Notes under the pieces: model-generated
What the model was told of the DNA's origin: nothing
Databases searched by the model: none
Seen by the model: the letters and a program-made list of their open reading frames with translations, nothing else
Part shown: positions 30,370 through 38,957 of the stretch, piece after piece
Numbering within the stretch: the stretch's first letter is position 1
Layout of the letters: every line of letters begins with the position of its first letter
Position numbers and translations under genes: made by a program
NCBI GenBank assembly: GCA_963702475.1
Contig: CAVPCT010000005.1
Location: 96,001-160,000, forward strand
Reading direction: 5' to 3'
Source: an uncultured Thermoleophilia bacterium
GTDB lineage: Bacteria; Actinomycetota; Thermoleophilia; UBA2241
DNA length: 64,000 bases

Positions 30370-31035
30370 TCAGGCGTCCGCGGACTTCGCGGTCGTGCCA
30401 GTCACGCTCTCGTCGACGCTCACGGCCTCCTCGACCTCGACGACCTCCACGACCTCTACGACTGTGTCGGCGGCCGGCTCGCCTGCGGCGGGACCTGTTG
30501 CGGAGGCGTCCTCGAATGCGTCCGCCGCGGTCTCCGCGGCCGTGGCCGCTGGGGTGGACTCCGGCGCGGCGTAGCTCCAGCCCGAGACCGGTTCGCTGTC
30601 GGGCTCCGCGAACGGGCCGGTGCTGCCATCGGTGGCCGGGGCCTTGCCGCGACCCATGAAGCTGGACACCGCCGACTGCACGCCGGCGCTGAAGGCCGCA
30701 GCCTTGCGCGCCGGCGTGGACACGGCGCTCTCGACCGCGTTGGCCATGGTGTCGATCTTGTCGGTGATGCCGGCGACGTCCTTGGTGATCTCGTCGACGT
30801 TGTCGAGGTTCGCGTTCACGCCGTCAAGCGTCTCGCCGGCCTTCTGCATGAGCGGGATGCCGTTCTCGTCGACGTCCGCCAGGACCTTGTCGAGTCGCTC
30901 GAGCGTCTTGGCCGCCTTGAACAGGGCGTAGGCCAAAAAGATGGCCACGAGCACGAAGAAGAAGGCAGCGGAGTAGCGCAGCACCAGCGACGCGGTGCTG
31001 GTGGTGGCCGCCACGACCGTGAAGTCCATGCACAT
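30370..31035 (-). CDS. DUF948 (YtxG-like) membrane/coiled-coil protein
   Basis: TM helix, heptad-rich segment (TLDGVNANLDNVDEIT), acidic low-complexity tail. Confidence 0.65.
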   Translation of the reverse strand: MCMDFTVVAATTSTASLVLRYSAAFFFVLVAIFLAYALFKAAKTLERLDKVLADVDENGIPLMQKAGETLDGVNANLDNVDEITKDVAGITDKIDTMANAVESAVSTPARKAAAFSAGVQSAVSSFMGRGKAPATDGSTGPFAEPDSEPVSGWSYAAPESTPAATAAETAADAFEDASATGPAAGEPAADTVVEVVEVVEVEEAVSVDESVTGTTAKSADA

Positions 31036-31149
31036 CTCCTTGACTGGGTGGTGATGATCGCCCGCAAGCGCACGAAGCGTATCATACCGCAGGCTCAGCC
31101 CCGGACGGTCGTTCGCGTGCCGTCGCGGGGCGCGACAGCCGTGGCACGT

Positions 31150-32190
31150 TCATTCCGCGATGACGCCGCCGCCGACCACCACATCGCCGTCGTAGAAGAC
31201 CGCCGACTGGCCCGGAGCCACGCCCTCGAACGGGCCGCTCAGGCGCACCCGCAGGCGGCCGCCGGAGGCGGGATCGAGCGCCGCCACAGGCACGGCCGCC
31301 GAGCGGTAGCGCAGCTGCACCGTGAGACCCCGGACGCCATCGAGGCCGCGGTCCGTCACGTCCCGCAGGACCAGCTCGACGCGGCCGAGATCCTCCCTGG
31401 CACCGACCATCACCTGGTTGTGTACAGGGTCGACACGCTGCACGTACCAAGGGCCGCCCTGCACGCCCAGGCCGCGGCGCTGGCCGACCGTGTAGCGCCA
31501 GTGGCCCTCGTGACGGCCCACGACCCGGCCCTGCCCGTCGACGATGTCGCCGGGCGCCGCCGGCACCCCCTGGGATTCCAGGAACGGCCGGTAGCCGTCG
31601 ACGGCGAAGCAGACCTCCTGGCTCTCAGGCTCGGCCGCCGACGGCAGCCCTGCGGCCTCGGCGGCCGCGCGCGTCTCGGCCTTGGTCGAGTCGCCGAGAG
31701 GGAACTCGAGCCTGGCGAGCGTGGCCGGCGACACGGCCCAGAGCATGTACGACTGATCCTTGGAGCGGTCGGCGCCGCGCGCCACGAAAGGCTCGCGCGC
31801 GCGCCACACGAGGCGCGCGTAGTGTCCCGTGGCCACGCGCGCGAGGCCGAGCTCGTCGGCCAGCGCCACCAGCGCCGCCAGACGCAGGGGATTGCAGGCC
31901 ACGCAGGGGTTCGGTGTCTCACCGGCCAGGTACGAGTCCGCGAACGGCCGGACCACATCACGCCCGAACGCTGCCTCCCTGTCCACCAGGTGGTGCGGCA
32001 GGCCCAGCCACGCGGCCGTGCCGCGCGCCCGCTGCAGCGCCCCCGGAGAGCAGCAGCTGCGGCGGTCGCTCCCCGGCCAGAGGCGCACGGTCGCCGTCTC
32101 CAGCGTGCGCCCCTGCTCCACCAGCTTCAGCGCCGCGACGGCGCTGTCCACCCCGCCGCTCAGTGCGACGAGTGCTCGTGCTCTTTTGGG
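31150..32190 (-). CDS. mnmA: tRNA 2-thiouridine synthase MnmA (CxxC, Fe-S type); N-terminus overlaps iscU and has no canonical start
   Basis: RALVALSGGVDS PP-loop, TPNPCVACN, ATGHY, KDQSY, ESQEVCF, YTVGQRRGLG, PGQSAVFY. Confidence 0.93.
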   Translation of the reverse strand, partial: PKRARALVALSGGVDSAVAALKLVEQGRTLETATVRLWPGSDRRSCCSPGALQRARGTAAWLGLPHHLVDREAAFGRDVVRPFADSYLAGETPNPCVACNPLRLAALVALADELGLARVATGHYARLVWRAREPFVARGADRSKDQSYMLWAVSPATLARLEFPLGDSTKAETRAAAEAAGLPSAAEPESQEVCFAVDGYRPFLESQGVPAAPGDIVDGQGRVVGRHEGHWRYTVGQRRGLGVQGGPWYVQRVDPVHNQVMVGAREDLGRVELVLRDVTDRGLDGVRGLTVQLRYRSAAVPVAALDPASGGRLRVRLSGPFEGVAPGQSAVFYDGDVVVGGGVIAE

Positions 32191-32591
32191 AGTGACGTCA
32201 GGATCCTGGGAACGTCGTCCTCACGCCCGCTCTTGACGAGGTAGTCCTGGATCGCCAGGTGCAGTGCGTCGGCGGCGAGGTTGGAGCAGTGCATCTTGTT
32301 CGGGGGCAGCCCTCCGAGCGCCTCGGCCACCGTCTTGTTGGAGATATCGGCGGCCTCGGCCAGCGTCTTGCCCATCACCATCTCGGTGACCATGCTGGAG
32401 GTCGCCACGGCGGCGCCGCACCCGAAGGTCTTGAACTTGACGTCCTTGATGTGGTCGTCGTCGACGGCGATGGAGATGCGCATCACGTCGCCGCAGACCG
32501 GGTTGCCGATCTGCCCGACGCCGTCAGCATCCTCGATCTCCCCCACGTTACGCGGGTTCGTGAAGTGGTCCATGACCAGGTCGGTGTACAT
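32160..32591 (-). CDS. iscU: Fe-S cluster scaffold IscU/NifU-N
   Basis: DHFTNPRNVG, GNPVCGD, FKTFGCGAA, KMHCSNLA. Confidence 0.93.
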   Translation of the reverse strand: MYTDLVMDHFTNPRNVGEIEDADGVGQIGNPVCGDVMRISIAVDDDHIKDVKFKTFGCGAAVATSSMVTEMVMGKTLAEAADISNKTVAEALGGLPPNKMHCSNLAADALHLAIQDYLVKSGREDDVPRILTSLPKEHEHSSH

Positions 32592-32594
32592 ATG

Positions 32595-33752
32595 TCAGCC
32601 TTTCGAGTAGAGCGGGCTCATGCTGCGCAGCTTGTCGACGATGGGCGGGAAGACTTCGAGGAAACCGTCGGCCTCCTCTTCGGTGTTCTCGCGGCCCAGG
32701 CTCAGCCGCAGGCTGCCGTGGGCCTCCTCGGCGCCTAGACCCAACGCGAGGATGACATGGGACGGCTCGAGCGAGCCCGACGCGCAGGCCGATCCGCTGG
32801 AGACCATGTAGCCGTGCGCGTCCAGCTGAAGAAGCATGGACTCTCCCTCGATGTAGCGCACGGTGAAGGCGACGTTGCCGGGCAGACGGTCGGTGGGGTG
32901 TCCCAGGTACCTGACCTCGGGGATGGCGTCGAGCACACCGGCTGCCAGACGGTCGCGGAGCGCCTCAAGGCGCGAGCGGGTCTGCGACAGCTCACGCGTG
33001 GCCAGCTCGAGGGCGACGCCCAGGCCGACGATGCCGGGCACGTTCTCGGTGCCCGAACGCAGGCGCCGCTCGTGACCGCCGCCGTGCAAGATGGGCGTGA
33101 GACGCGTGCCGCGCTTCACGTACAGGGCGCCGACGCCCTTGGGGCCGTACAGCTTGTGGCCGGAGACGGTGAGCATGTCGACGCCGAGCTCCGTCACGTC
33201 GATGGGCAGAGAGCCGGCCGCCTGCACCGCGTCCGTGTGGAAGACGGCGCCGTGCTCGTGCGCGATGCGCGCCAACTTGGCGACCGGTTGCACGGTGCCG
33301 ACGACGTTGTTCGCCGCCATGATGGAGGCCAGGCGCGTGTCGTCGCGAAAGGCGGCGTCGTACGCGTCGAGGTCCACGACGCCGTACTCGTCCACCGGCA
33401 CGAAGTCCACGGCCCAGCCCAGACGGTTGAGCGCGCGCGCCGCCTCCATGACCGCCGGGTGCTCGATGGCGCTGATGATGACGTGGCCCGGCTCGAACCG
33501 CTGCAGGTACCCGAAGAGGGCGAGGTTGTCGCCCTCGGTGCCGCCGGAGGTGAACACGATCTCGCGCTCGCCGGCGCCCAGAGCGGCCGCCACCCGGGCG
33601 CGTGCCTCTTCGACGGCCGCGCGCGCCTCACGCCCGACCCGGTGCAGCTCCGACGGGTTGCCGTACTTCTCCGTGAAGTACGGCAGCATGGCCTCGAGGA
33701 CCCGGGGGTCGACCGCGGTGGTCGCGGCGTGGTCGAAGTAGACGCTGGTCAT
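32595..33752 (-). CDS. iscS: Cysteine desulfurase
   Basis: YFDHAATT, GNPSELH, FTSGGTE, SGHKLYGPKG, SSGSACASGS. Confidence 0.95.
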   Translation of the reverse strand: MTSVYFDHAATTAVDPRVLEAMLPYFTEKYGNPSELHRVGREARAAVEEARARVAAALGAGEREIVFTSGGTEGDNLALFGYLQRFEPGHVIISAIEHPAVMEAARALNRLGWAVDFVPVDEYGVVDLDAYDAAFRDDTRLASIMAANNVVGTVQPVAKLARIAHEHGAVFHTDAVQAAGSLPIDVTELGVDMLTVSGHKLYGPKGVGALYVKRGTRLTPILHGGGHERRLRSGTENVPGIVGLGVALELATRELSQTRSRLEALRDRLAAGVLDAIPEVRYLGHPTDRLPGNVAFTVRYIEGESMLLQLDAHGYMVSSGSACASGSLEPSHVILALGLGAEEAHGSLRLSLGRENTEEEADGFLEVFPPIVDKLRSMSPLYSKG

Positions 33753-34177
33753 CGCGGCACTGCCTCCCGTGTGAGGTCGTCGAGGGTGATGGAGTTCAGG
33801 GCGCCGGTGATGGCGCTGTCCAGCCGACGCCACACCACGCGCGAGGCGCACGACTCGGCGCGGTCGCAGGCGCCGTCGTCCGGTACGCAGCCGACCAGGG
33901 ACAGCGGGCCCTCGAGCGCCGTCACCACATCGCCGACGGCGATGTCCGCGGCGGGGCGGCTGAGCTGGTAGCCCCCACTGACGCCCCTTGTGGCTTTCAC
34001 GAGCCCGCTCTCGCGCAACCGTGCGAGGATGCGCTCGAGGAACGGCGCGGGAATCCCCTCCCCGCCCGCTATCTCCGACAGCGGAACGGGCTTGTGGTCG
34101 TCGCGAGCAGCAAGGAACACCATGGCCCGCAAACCGTACTCACAGCGAGACGAGATCCGCACCTGCCCTGCCTCCAC
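33749..34177 (-). CDS. Rrf2-family regulator (IscR/CymR-like, three Cys)
   Basis: YGLRAMVFL, ATRGVSGGYQL, C-x6-C-x5-C. Confidence 0.9.
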   Translation of the reverse strand: MEAGQVRISSRCEYGLRAMVFLAARDDHKPVPLSEIAGGEGIPAPFLERILARLRESGLVKATRGVSGGYQLSRPAADIAVGDVVTALEGPLSLVGCVPDDGACDRAESCASRVVWRRLDSAITGALNSITLDDLTREAVPR

Positions 34178-34179
34178 AG

Positions 34180-34232
34180 AATCCCAACTGAACTGGTCGG
34201 CATTATGGTACCACGGGCCGCAGGCCGGTCAA
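34180..34232 (-). promoter_or_regulatory. Housekeeping promoter with IscR type-1-like operator
   Basis: TTGACC-N16-TACCAT (with extended TG) followed by the imperfect palindrome AATGCCGACCAGTTCAGTTGGGATT at 34180-34204. Confidence 0.65.
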
Positions 34233-34308
34233 ACGGCGCGCACATGCAACGCTGGGGACGCCAGAGTGGAGAGACAGGAGCGGAGGGTGTGAGCGGCGCG
34301 GGTGGCGG

Positions 34309-34845
34309 TCAGAGACCGCGCACGGCGTTGGCGACGACCTGCTCCATGACCTTGCGACCGATCCAGCCCGTGTACAGCTGCGCCACGTCGCCGTTGCCAC
34401 GGATCACGGCCAGGATGGGCGGATTGCTCACCCTGAGCTGCTGAAGCGTGTCGCCCAGCTCGCTGGTCTTGTGCGCCTCGAAGTCCAGGAAACGGCTGTC
34501 GGCGGCGTACTGCTTCTTGACCGCGTTGAACGACTCGAGCATCTGCATGTCGTCGGCGGCGCCGTCGACGTACACCAGCAACACGATGCCCCGCTGCTCG
34601 TTGAGCGGATCGGCGATGAAGTCGGGCGTCTCGTCGGTGGGCACCAGCGTGAGCGGCGCGTAGCCCGTCATGCCGTAGCTGCTGACGACGTTGTACGACG
34701 CGGGGGCCGGAAGCTGCGGAGCCGCGGGGGCGGTGGTGTCGGCCAGGACCCGCACGGCGACGACGCCACCGAACAGGACGGCCCCCACGGCGAGGATCAC
34801 CATCGCCGTCAGCAGGAACGCTCTGTTCCGCCTGAGGATGCCCAT
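34309..34845 (-). CDS. Membrane-anchored protein with a possible thioredoxin-like fold, no CxxC
   Basis: N-terminal TM; IVLLVY...DD helix...PPILAVIRGNGDVAQLYTGWI pattern; GGAGG RBS. Confidence 0.5.
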   Translation of the reverse strand: MGILRRNRAFLLTAMVILAVGAVLFGGVVAVRVLADTTAPAAPQLPAPASYNVVSSYGMTGYAPLTLVPTDETPDFIADPLNEQRGIVLLVYVDGAADDMQMLESFNAVKKQYAADSRFLDFEAHKTSELGDTLQQLRVSNPPILAVIRGNGDVAQLYTGWIGRKVMEQVVANAVRGL

Positions 34846-34860
34846 GCCCCCCTCCAAAGA

Positions 34861-35011
34861 AAGGCTCCACCTTGCCGTGCTCGCGTTATTCTCGAACCTG
34901 CTCTCGCAGGTGGGTGCCCTCCCGGTCCATCCACGGATGGCCCGAAGCGCGAGCTCCCGATGTGTTCGTGTTGGCTCGAGAATGCAGCGAGGTCACGAAC
35001 AAGGTCGAGCC
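34861..35011 (-). ncRNA. ssrS: 6S RNA
   Basis: Long self-complementary closing stem (GGCTCGACCTTGTTCGTG / CACGGCAAGGTGGAGCC), central bubble with GGGAG and GGCACCCACCTG...CAGGTTC as in Firmicute 6S RNAs; lies downstream of aspS; TTGGCG-N17-TACGAT promoter directly upstream. Confidence 0.8.
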
Positions 35012-35016
35012 GCGTC

Positions 35017-35075
35017 ATCGTAGCATTCGTCACTAGTTTCGCCAAACCTAGTCGGCAGGCCTGCCGAAACCTTGA
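35017..35075 (-). promoter_or_regulatory. Tandem promoters of the 6S locus: housekeeping (35017-35045) and sigma28-type (35049-35075)
   Basis: TTGGCG-N17-TACGAT; TCAA-N15-GCCGACTA. Confidence 0.6.
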
Positions 35076-35082
35076 GTAAGCA

Positions 35083-35124
35083 CGCCGACGGCCCGTCGCC
35101 TGAGAGGGCGACGGGCCGTCGGCG
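35083..35124 (-). terminator. 18-bp perfect hairpin after aspS
   Basis: cgccgacggcccgtcgcc-tgagag-ggcgacgggccgtcggcg. Confidence 0.7.
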
Positions 35125-35142
35125 CATGCCGGGTCTGCGGTC

Positions 35143-36906
35143 TCAGCCCAGACGGATGCGCAGCTCCTTGAGCTGCTCGGCGGTCACAGCCCCGGGGGCG
35201 CCGGTCATCGGGTCCCCGCCGGACGACGTCTTGGGGAACGGGATGACGTCGCGGATCGAATCCGCCCCGGCGAGCAGCATGAGGATGCGGTCGAAGCCGA
35301 GGCCGATGCCGCCGTGCGGCGGCGCGCCGTACTCGAGCGCCTCCAGGAACCAGCCGAAGGCCTCGTCGATGCGGGCGTCGTCCATGCCCAGGGCCCGCAG
35401 GATGGAGCGCTGCACGGCGGCGTCGTGGTTGCGCAGCGAGCCGGAGCCGAGCTCGACGCCGTTGAGCACCAGGTCGTACTGGGCGCCACGCACAGCCAGC
35501 GGGTCGCTCTCCATGAGCGGCATGGTCTCGGCAGTCGGCAGGCTGAACGGGTTGTGCCCGTAGGTGAGCCTGCCGGTCTCCTTGTCGATCTCGAACAGCG
35601 GGAACTCCTCTACCCAGAGCAGGGCCCAGCGCGCGGACGGCTCGATACCAAGGCGCTTGATGAGCGCGAGACGCAGGGCGCCGAGCACCTCCGCCGCCGT
35701 GGCGGCGGTGTCGGCGGCGAACACGATGAGGTCGCCGGGCTCGGCGGCCGTGACATCCACGAGCGCGGCCTGCTCGGCCTCGCCGAGGAACTTGACGATG
35801 GGGCCGCGCAGGGCGCGGCCCTCCTCCACGTACACGTAGGCCATGCCCTTCGCGCCGTGCTCCCTGGCGAGCTCGGTGAGGTCGTCGATCTGCGCCCGGC
35901 TCAGCGCCGCCCCGCCGGGCGCCCGCACGGCGCGCACCACGCCGCCGTCGTCGACGGCGCCGCGAAACACCTTGAACTCGCTGGCCGCGAACACGCCCGA
36001 CAGCTCGACGATCTCGAGGCCGAAGCGCAGGTCGGGCTTGTCGCTGCCGTACCTGAGCATGGCCTCGTCGTAGGACAGCCGGGGCAGCGGCAGCGTGAGC
36101 GGCTCCTCCCCCACGCCCTCGAAGATCGCCTGCATGAGGCCCTCGAGGATCACGCGTATCTCGGGCACGCCGAGGAACGACGTCTCGATGTCGATCTGCG
36201 TGTGCTCCGGCTGGCGGTCGGCGCGCAGGTCCTCGTCCCGGAAGCAGCGCGCGAACTGGTAGTACCGCTCGAGGCCGGCGACCATGAGGATCTGCTTGAA
36301 CATCTGCGGCGACTGCGGCAACGCGTAGAAGCGGTGCGGTTGCAGGCGCGCGGGCACGAGGAAGTCGCGCGCGCCCTCCGGCGACGATCTGGTGAGGTAC
36401 GGCGTCTCGACCTCGAGGAAGCCCTCAGCGTTCAGGTAGTCCCGGGACGCCGCTACGGCCCTGTGCCGCAACGTGAGATTGGCCAGCATGGGAGCGCGCC
36501 GCAGGTCGAGGTAGCGGTACCTGAGGCGCAGGGTCTCGTCGACATCAACGGCCTCCACCACCTCGATCTCGAAGGGCGGCGTCTTGGCCCTGCTGAGGAT
36601 CTCGGCCGCGGCCACACGGACCTCCACCTGGCCGGTCGGCAGGCTCGGGTTCACGGTCTCGGGAGAGCGGGCGACGACCTCGCCGCTCACGGCGAGCACG
36701 TACTCGGAGCGGGCTTCCTCGGCGACGGCGTGCGCCTCGGGCACGCGCGACGGGTCGAAGACCAGCTGCACCACGCCGCTGCGCTCGCGGAGGTCGATGA
36801 AGACGAGGCCGCCGTGGTCGCGGCGGTGGGCGACCCAGCCGGCGAGGCGCACCTCACGGCCGACGTCGGGCAGGCGGAGCTCGCCGGCAGAGGCGGTGCG
36901 CAGCAT
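35143..36906 (-). CDS. aspS: Aspartate--tRNA ligase
   Basis: RRDHGGLVFIDLR, PEGARDFLVP, ALPQSPQMFKQ, FRDEDLRADRQPE, GAPPHGG. Confidence 0.97.
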   Translation of the reverse strand: MLRTASAGELRLPDVGREVRLAGWVAHRRDHGGLVFIDLRERSGVVQLVFDPSRVPEAHAVAEEARSEYVLAVSGEVVARSPETVNPSLPTGQVEVRVAAAEILSRAKTPPFEIEVVEAVDVDETLRLRYRYLDLRRAPMLANLTLRHRAVAASRDYLNAEGFLEVETPYLTRSSPEGARDFLVPARLQPHRFYALPQSPQMFKQILMVAGLERYYQFARCFRDEDLRADRQPEHTQIDIETSFLGVPEIRVILEGLMQAIFEGVGEEPLTLPLPRLSYDEAMLRYGSDKPDLRFGLEIVELSGVFAASEFKVFRGAVDDGGVVRAVRAPGGAALSRAQIDDLTELAREHGAKGMAYVYVEEGRALRGPIVKFLGEAEQAALVDVTAAEPGDLIVFAADTAATAAEVLGALRLALIKRLGIEPSARWALLWVEEFPLFEIDKETGRLTYGHNPFSLPTAETMPLMESDPLAVRGAQYDLVLNGVELGSGSLRNHDAAVQRSILRALGMDDARIDEAFGWFLEALEYGAPPHGGIGLGFDRILMLLAGADSIRDVIPFPKTSSGGDPMTGAPGAVTAEQLKELRIRLG

Positions 36907-38171
36907 CAGGCGTCCTTTCCGAGGCGCGTGCGGACGAGACCGGCGAGGCCGGCGGCAGGCACGTCTTCTTCCCCGCCGCCGTCCATGGCGCGCAGACGCA
37001 CGGTACCGGCGGCGAGCTCGTCAAGACCGCAGAGCACGGCGAACCGCGCGCCGCTGCGGCCGGCCTGCTTGAGCTGGCCCTTGGGGCTGCGCCCGGCCAG
37101 GTCGAGCTCGGCGGCCAGACCGGCGGCGCGCAGCGCGTGGGCGACGCCAAAGGCCGCCGCCCGAGCCGCGTCGGAGAAACTCACCACGAACGCGTCTGGT
37201 GAGTGCGCCGGCAGCTCCCGCTCGCGCATCGCCAGGGTGATGCGCTCGAGCCCGCTGCCCCAGCCCACGCCCGGCGTGGGCTGGCCGCCGATCATCTCCA
37301 CCAGGCCGTCGTAGCGGCCGCCGCCGCCGACGCCGCTCTGGGCGCCGAGACGGTCGGAGTTGAACTCGAAGGTGGTGCGCGTGTAGTAGTCCAGGCCGCG
37401 CACCAGACGGAACTCCAGGTTGGGTTCGAGGCCGGCGATGCGCACGAGGCCCAGCACCGTGTCGAAGTGCTCGCGGCAGTCCGGGCACAGGTGGTCGCCG
37501 ATGCGCGGTGCCTCGTCGAGCACCGCGCGACACGTCTCGACCTTGCAGTCGAACGTACGCAGCGGGTTCAGCTCGACGCGCTCGAGACAGTCTCCGCAGA
37601 GCTCGCCCTCGCGGCCGCGCAGGTACTGGCGGAGCTTCTGCACATAGGCCGGGCGGCACTCGGCGTCGCCCATGCTGTTCATGTTCAGGGTGACGCCCTC
37701 CACGCCCAGCTCGGCGTAGATGGCTGCGAGAAGCGTGATGACCTCGGCATCGACGGCCGGGTCCGCCGAGCCGATGGCCTCGGCGCCGATCTGGTAGTGC
37801 TCGCGATAGCGGCCCGACTGGGGCTTCTCGTAGCGGAACATCGGGCAGTGGTACCAGACCTTGACCGGCTGCGGCCACTTGTGCATGCCGTGCTCCACGT
37901 AGGCGCGGCAGATGGGCGCCGTACCCTCCGGGCGCAGCGTAAGCAGCCGCTCGCCCTTGTCGGTGAAGGTGTACATCTCCTTGCGCACGATGTCCGTGGC
38001 CTCGCCGACGCCGCGCTCGAACAGGCCCGTCTCCTCGAACTCGGGCGTGACCATGTGCCGGTAGCCGAAGGCCGCGAACACGCGTGCCGCGCCGGCGACG
38101 ATGGCGTCCCGTCGCGCAGCGTCGTCCGGCAGTAGGTCGTACGTGCCCTTGGGAGCGCGCGGACCGCTCAC
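36906..38171 (-). CDS. hisS: Histidine--tRNA ligase
   Basis: KGTYD, KEMYTF, LRPEGTA, FRYEKPQSGRYR, LVRGLDYY, GGGRYDGL. Confidence 0.97.
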   Translation of the reverse strand: MSGPRAPKGTYDLLPDDAARRDAIVAGAARVFAAFGYRHMVTPEFEETGLFERGVGEATDIVRKEMYTFTDKGERLLTLRPEGTAPICRAYVEHGMHKWPQPVKVWYHCPMFRYEKPQSGRYREHYQIGAEAIGSADPAVDAEVITLLAAIYAELGVEGVTLNMNSMGDAECRPAYVQKLRQYLRGREGELCGDCLERVELNPLRTFDCKVETCRAVLDEAPRIGDHLCPDCREHFDTVLGLVRIAGLEPNLEFRLVRGLDYYTRTTFEFNSDRLGAQSGVGGGGRYDGLVEMIGGQPTPGVGWGSGLERITLAMRERELPAHSPDAFVVSFSDAARAAAFGVAHALRAAGLAAELDLAGRSPKGQLKQAGRSGARFAVLCGLDELAAGTVRLRAMDGGGEEDVPAAGLAGLVRTRLGKDA

Positions 38172-38818
38172 CAGCGGTGCTCCGGGTCGTAGCGAAGCGG
38201 CGAGAGAAACGGGTTGAGGGCGAGCTCGCGGCCCAGTGAGGTGTCCGGCCCGTGGCCGCAGTGCACGGTGGCGTCTGGCGGGAAGCGGCGTACCAGGGTG
38301 GCCACCGAGTTCAGCAACTGATCCATGTCGCCGCCGGGCAGATCGGTGCGGCCCACGCTGTTCTGGAACAGCAGGTCGCCGACGAACAGTTGGGCCTCGC
38401 CGATGGCGTACGTGTACGAGCCCCTCGAGTGCCCCGGGGTGGGGATGGCCAGCACCTCGAAGGGCAGACCGTCGAGCGTCTGCTCGCCGCTGAGCGTGAC
38501 CGCCTCCTTGACCGGCTCGATGTCGAAGCCGGCCATGGCCCCCAGGCGGTTGTCGGCCATCTCGCCGGCGTCGGCCTGCCCCACGTACACGGGGATGCCG
38601 AAGTGGGTGGCGAGCGGCGCGACGCCGCCGAAGTGGTCGAAGTGCCCGTGCGTCACCAGCACGGCGGACGGCGCGTAGCCGAGCTCACCGAAGGCGCTGA
38701 TGACCACGCCGGCCTCGTCGCCGGGGTCGATGACGAGACCGGCCTGCTCGCCGACGACGAGGAAGCAGTTGGCCTGGAGCGGGCCGAGCGGAAGGGCGAA
38801 AACGTCGAAGGGGAGCAT
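38168..38818 (-). CDS. MBL-fold metallo-hydrolase (glyoxalase II-like)
   Basis: THGHFDH, TPGHS, GDLLF..SVGRTDLPGG, GHGP. Confidence 0.9.
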   Translation of the reverse strand: MLPFDVFALPLGPLQANCFLVVGEQAGLVIDPGDEAGVVISAFGELGYAPSAVLVTHGHFDHFGGVAPLATHFGIPVYVGQADAGEMADNRLGAMAGFDIEPVKEAVTLSGEQTLDGLPFEVLAIPTPGHSRGSYTYAIGEAQLFVGDLLFQNSVGRTDLPGGDMDQLLNSVATLVRRFPPDATVHCGHGPDTSLGRELALNPFLSPLRYDPEHRW

Positions 38819-38957
38819 GTCACCTCGGGTGGTCGTGGTCCGCGCGACAGGGTATCAGACCGCCGCCGAGACGGTCGACCATGAGCGCGGGCACCCGGCG
38901 GTCTCGCCGGCGCGACGTGCGCAGGGCCGGCGCGGCCGCGGCCGCCGGCCCGAGCCC

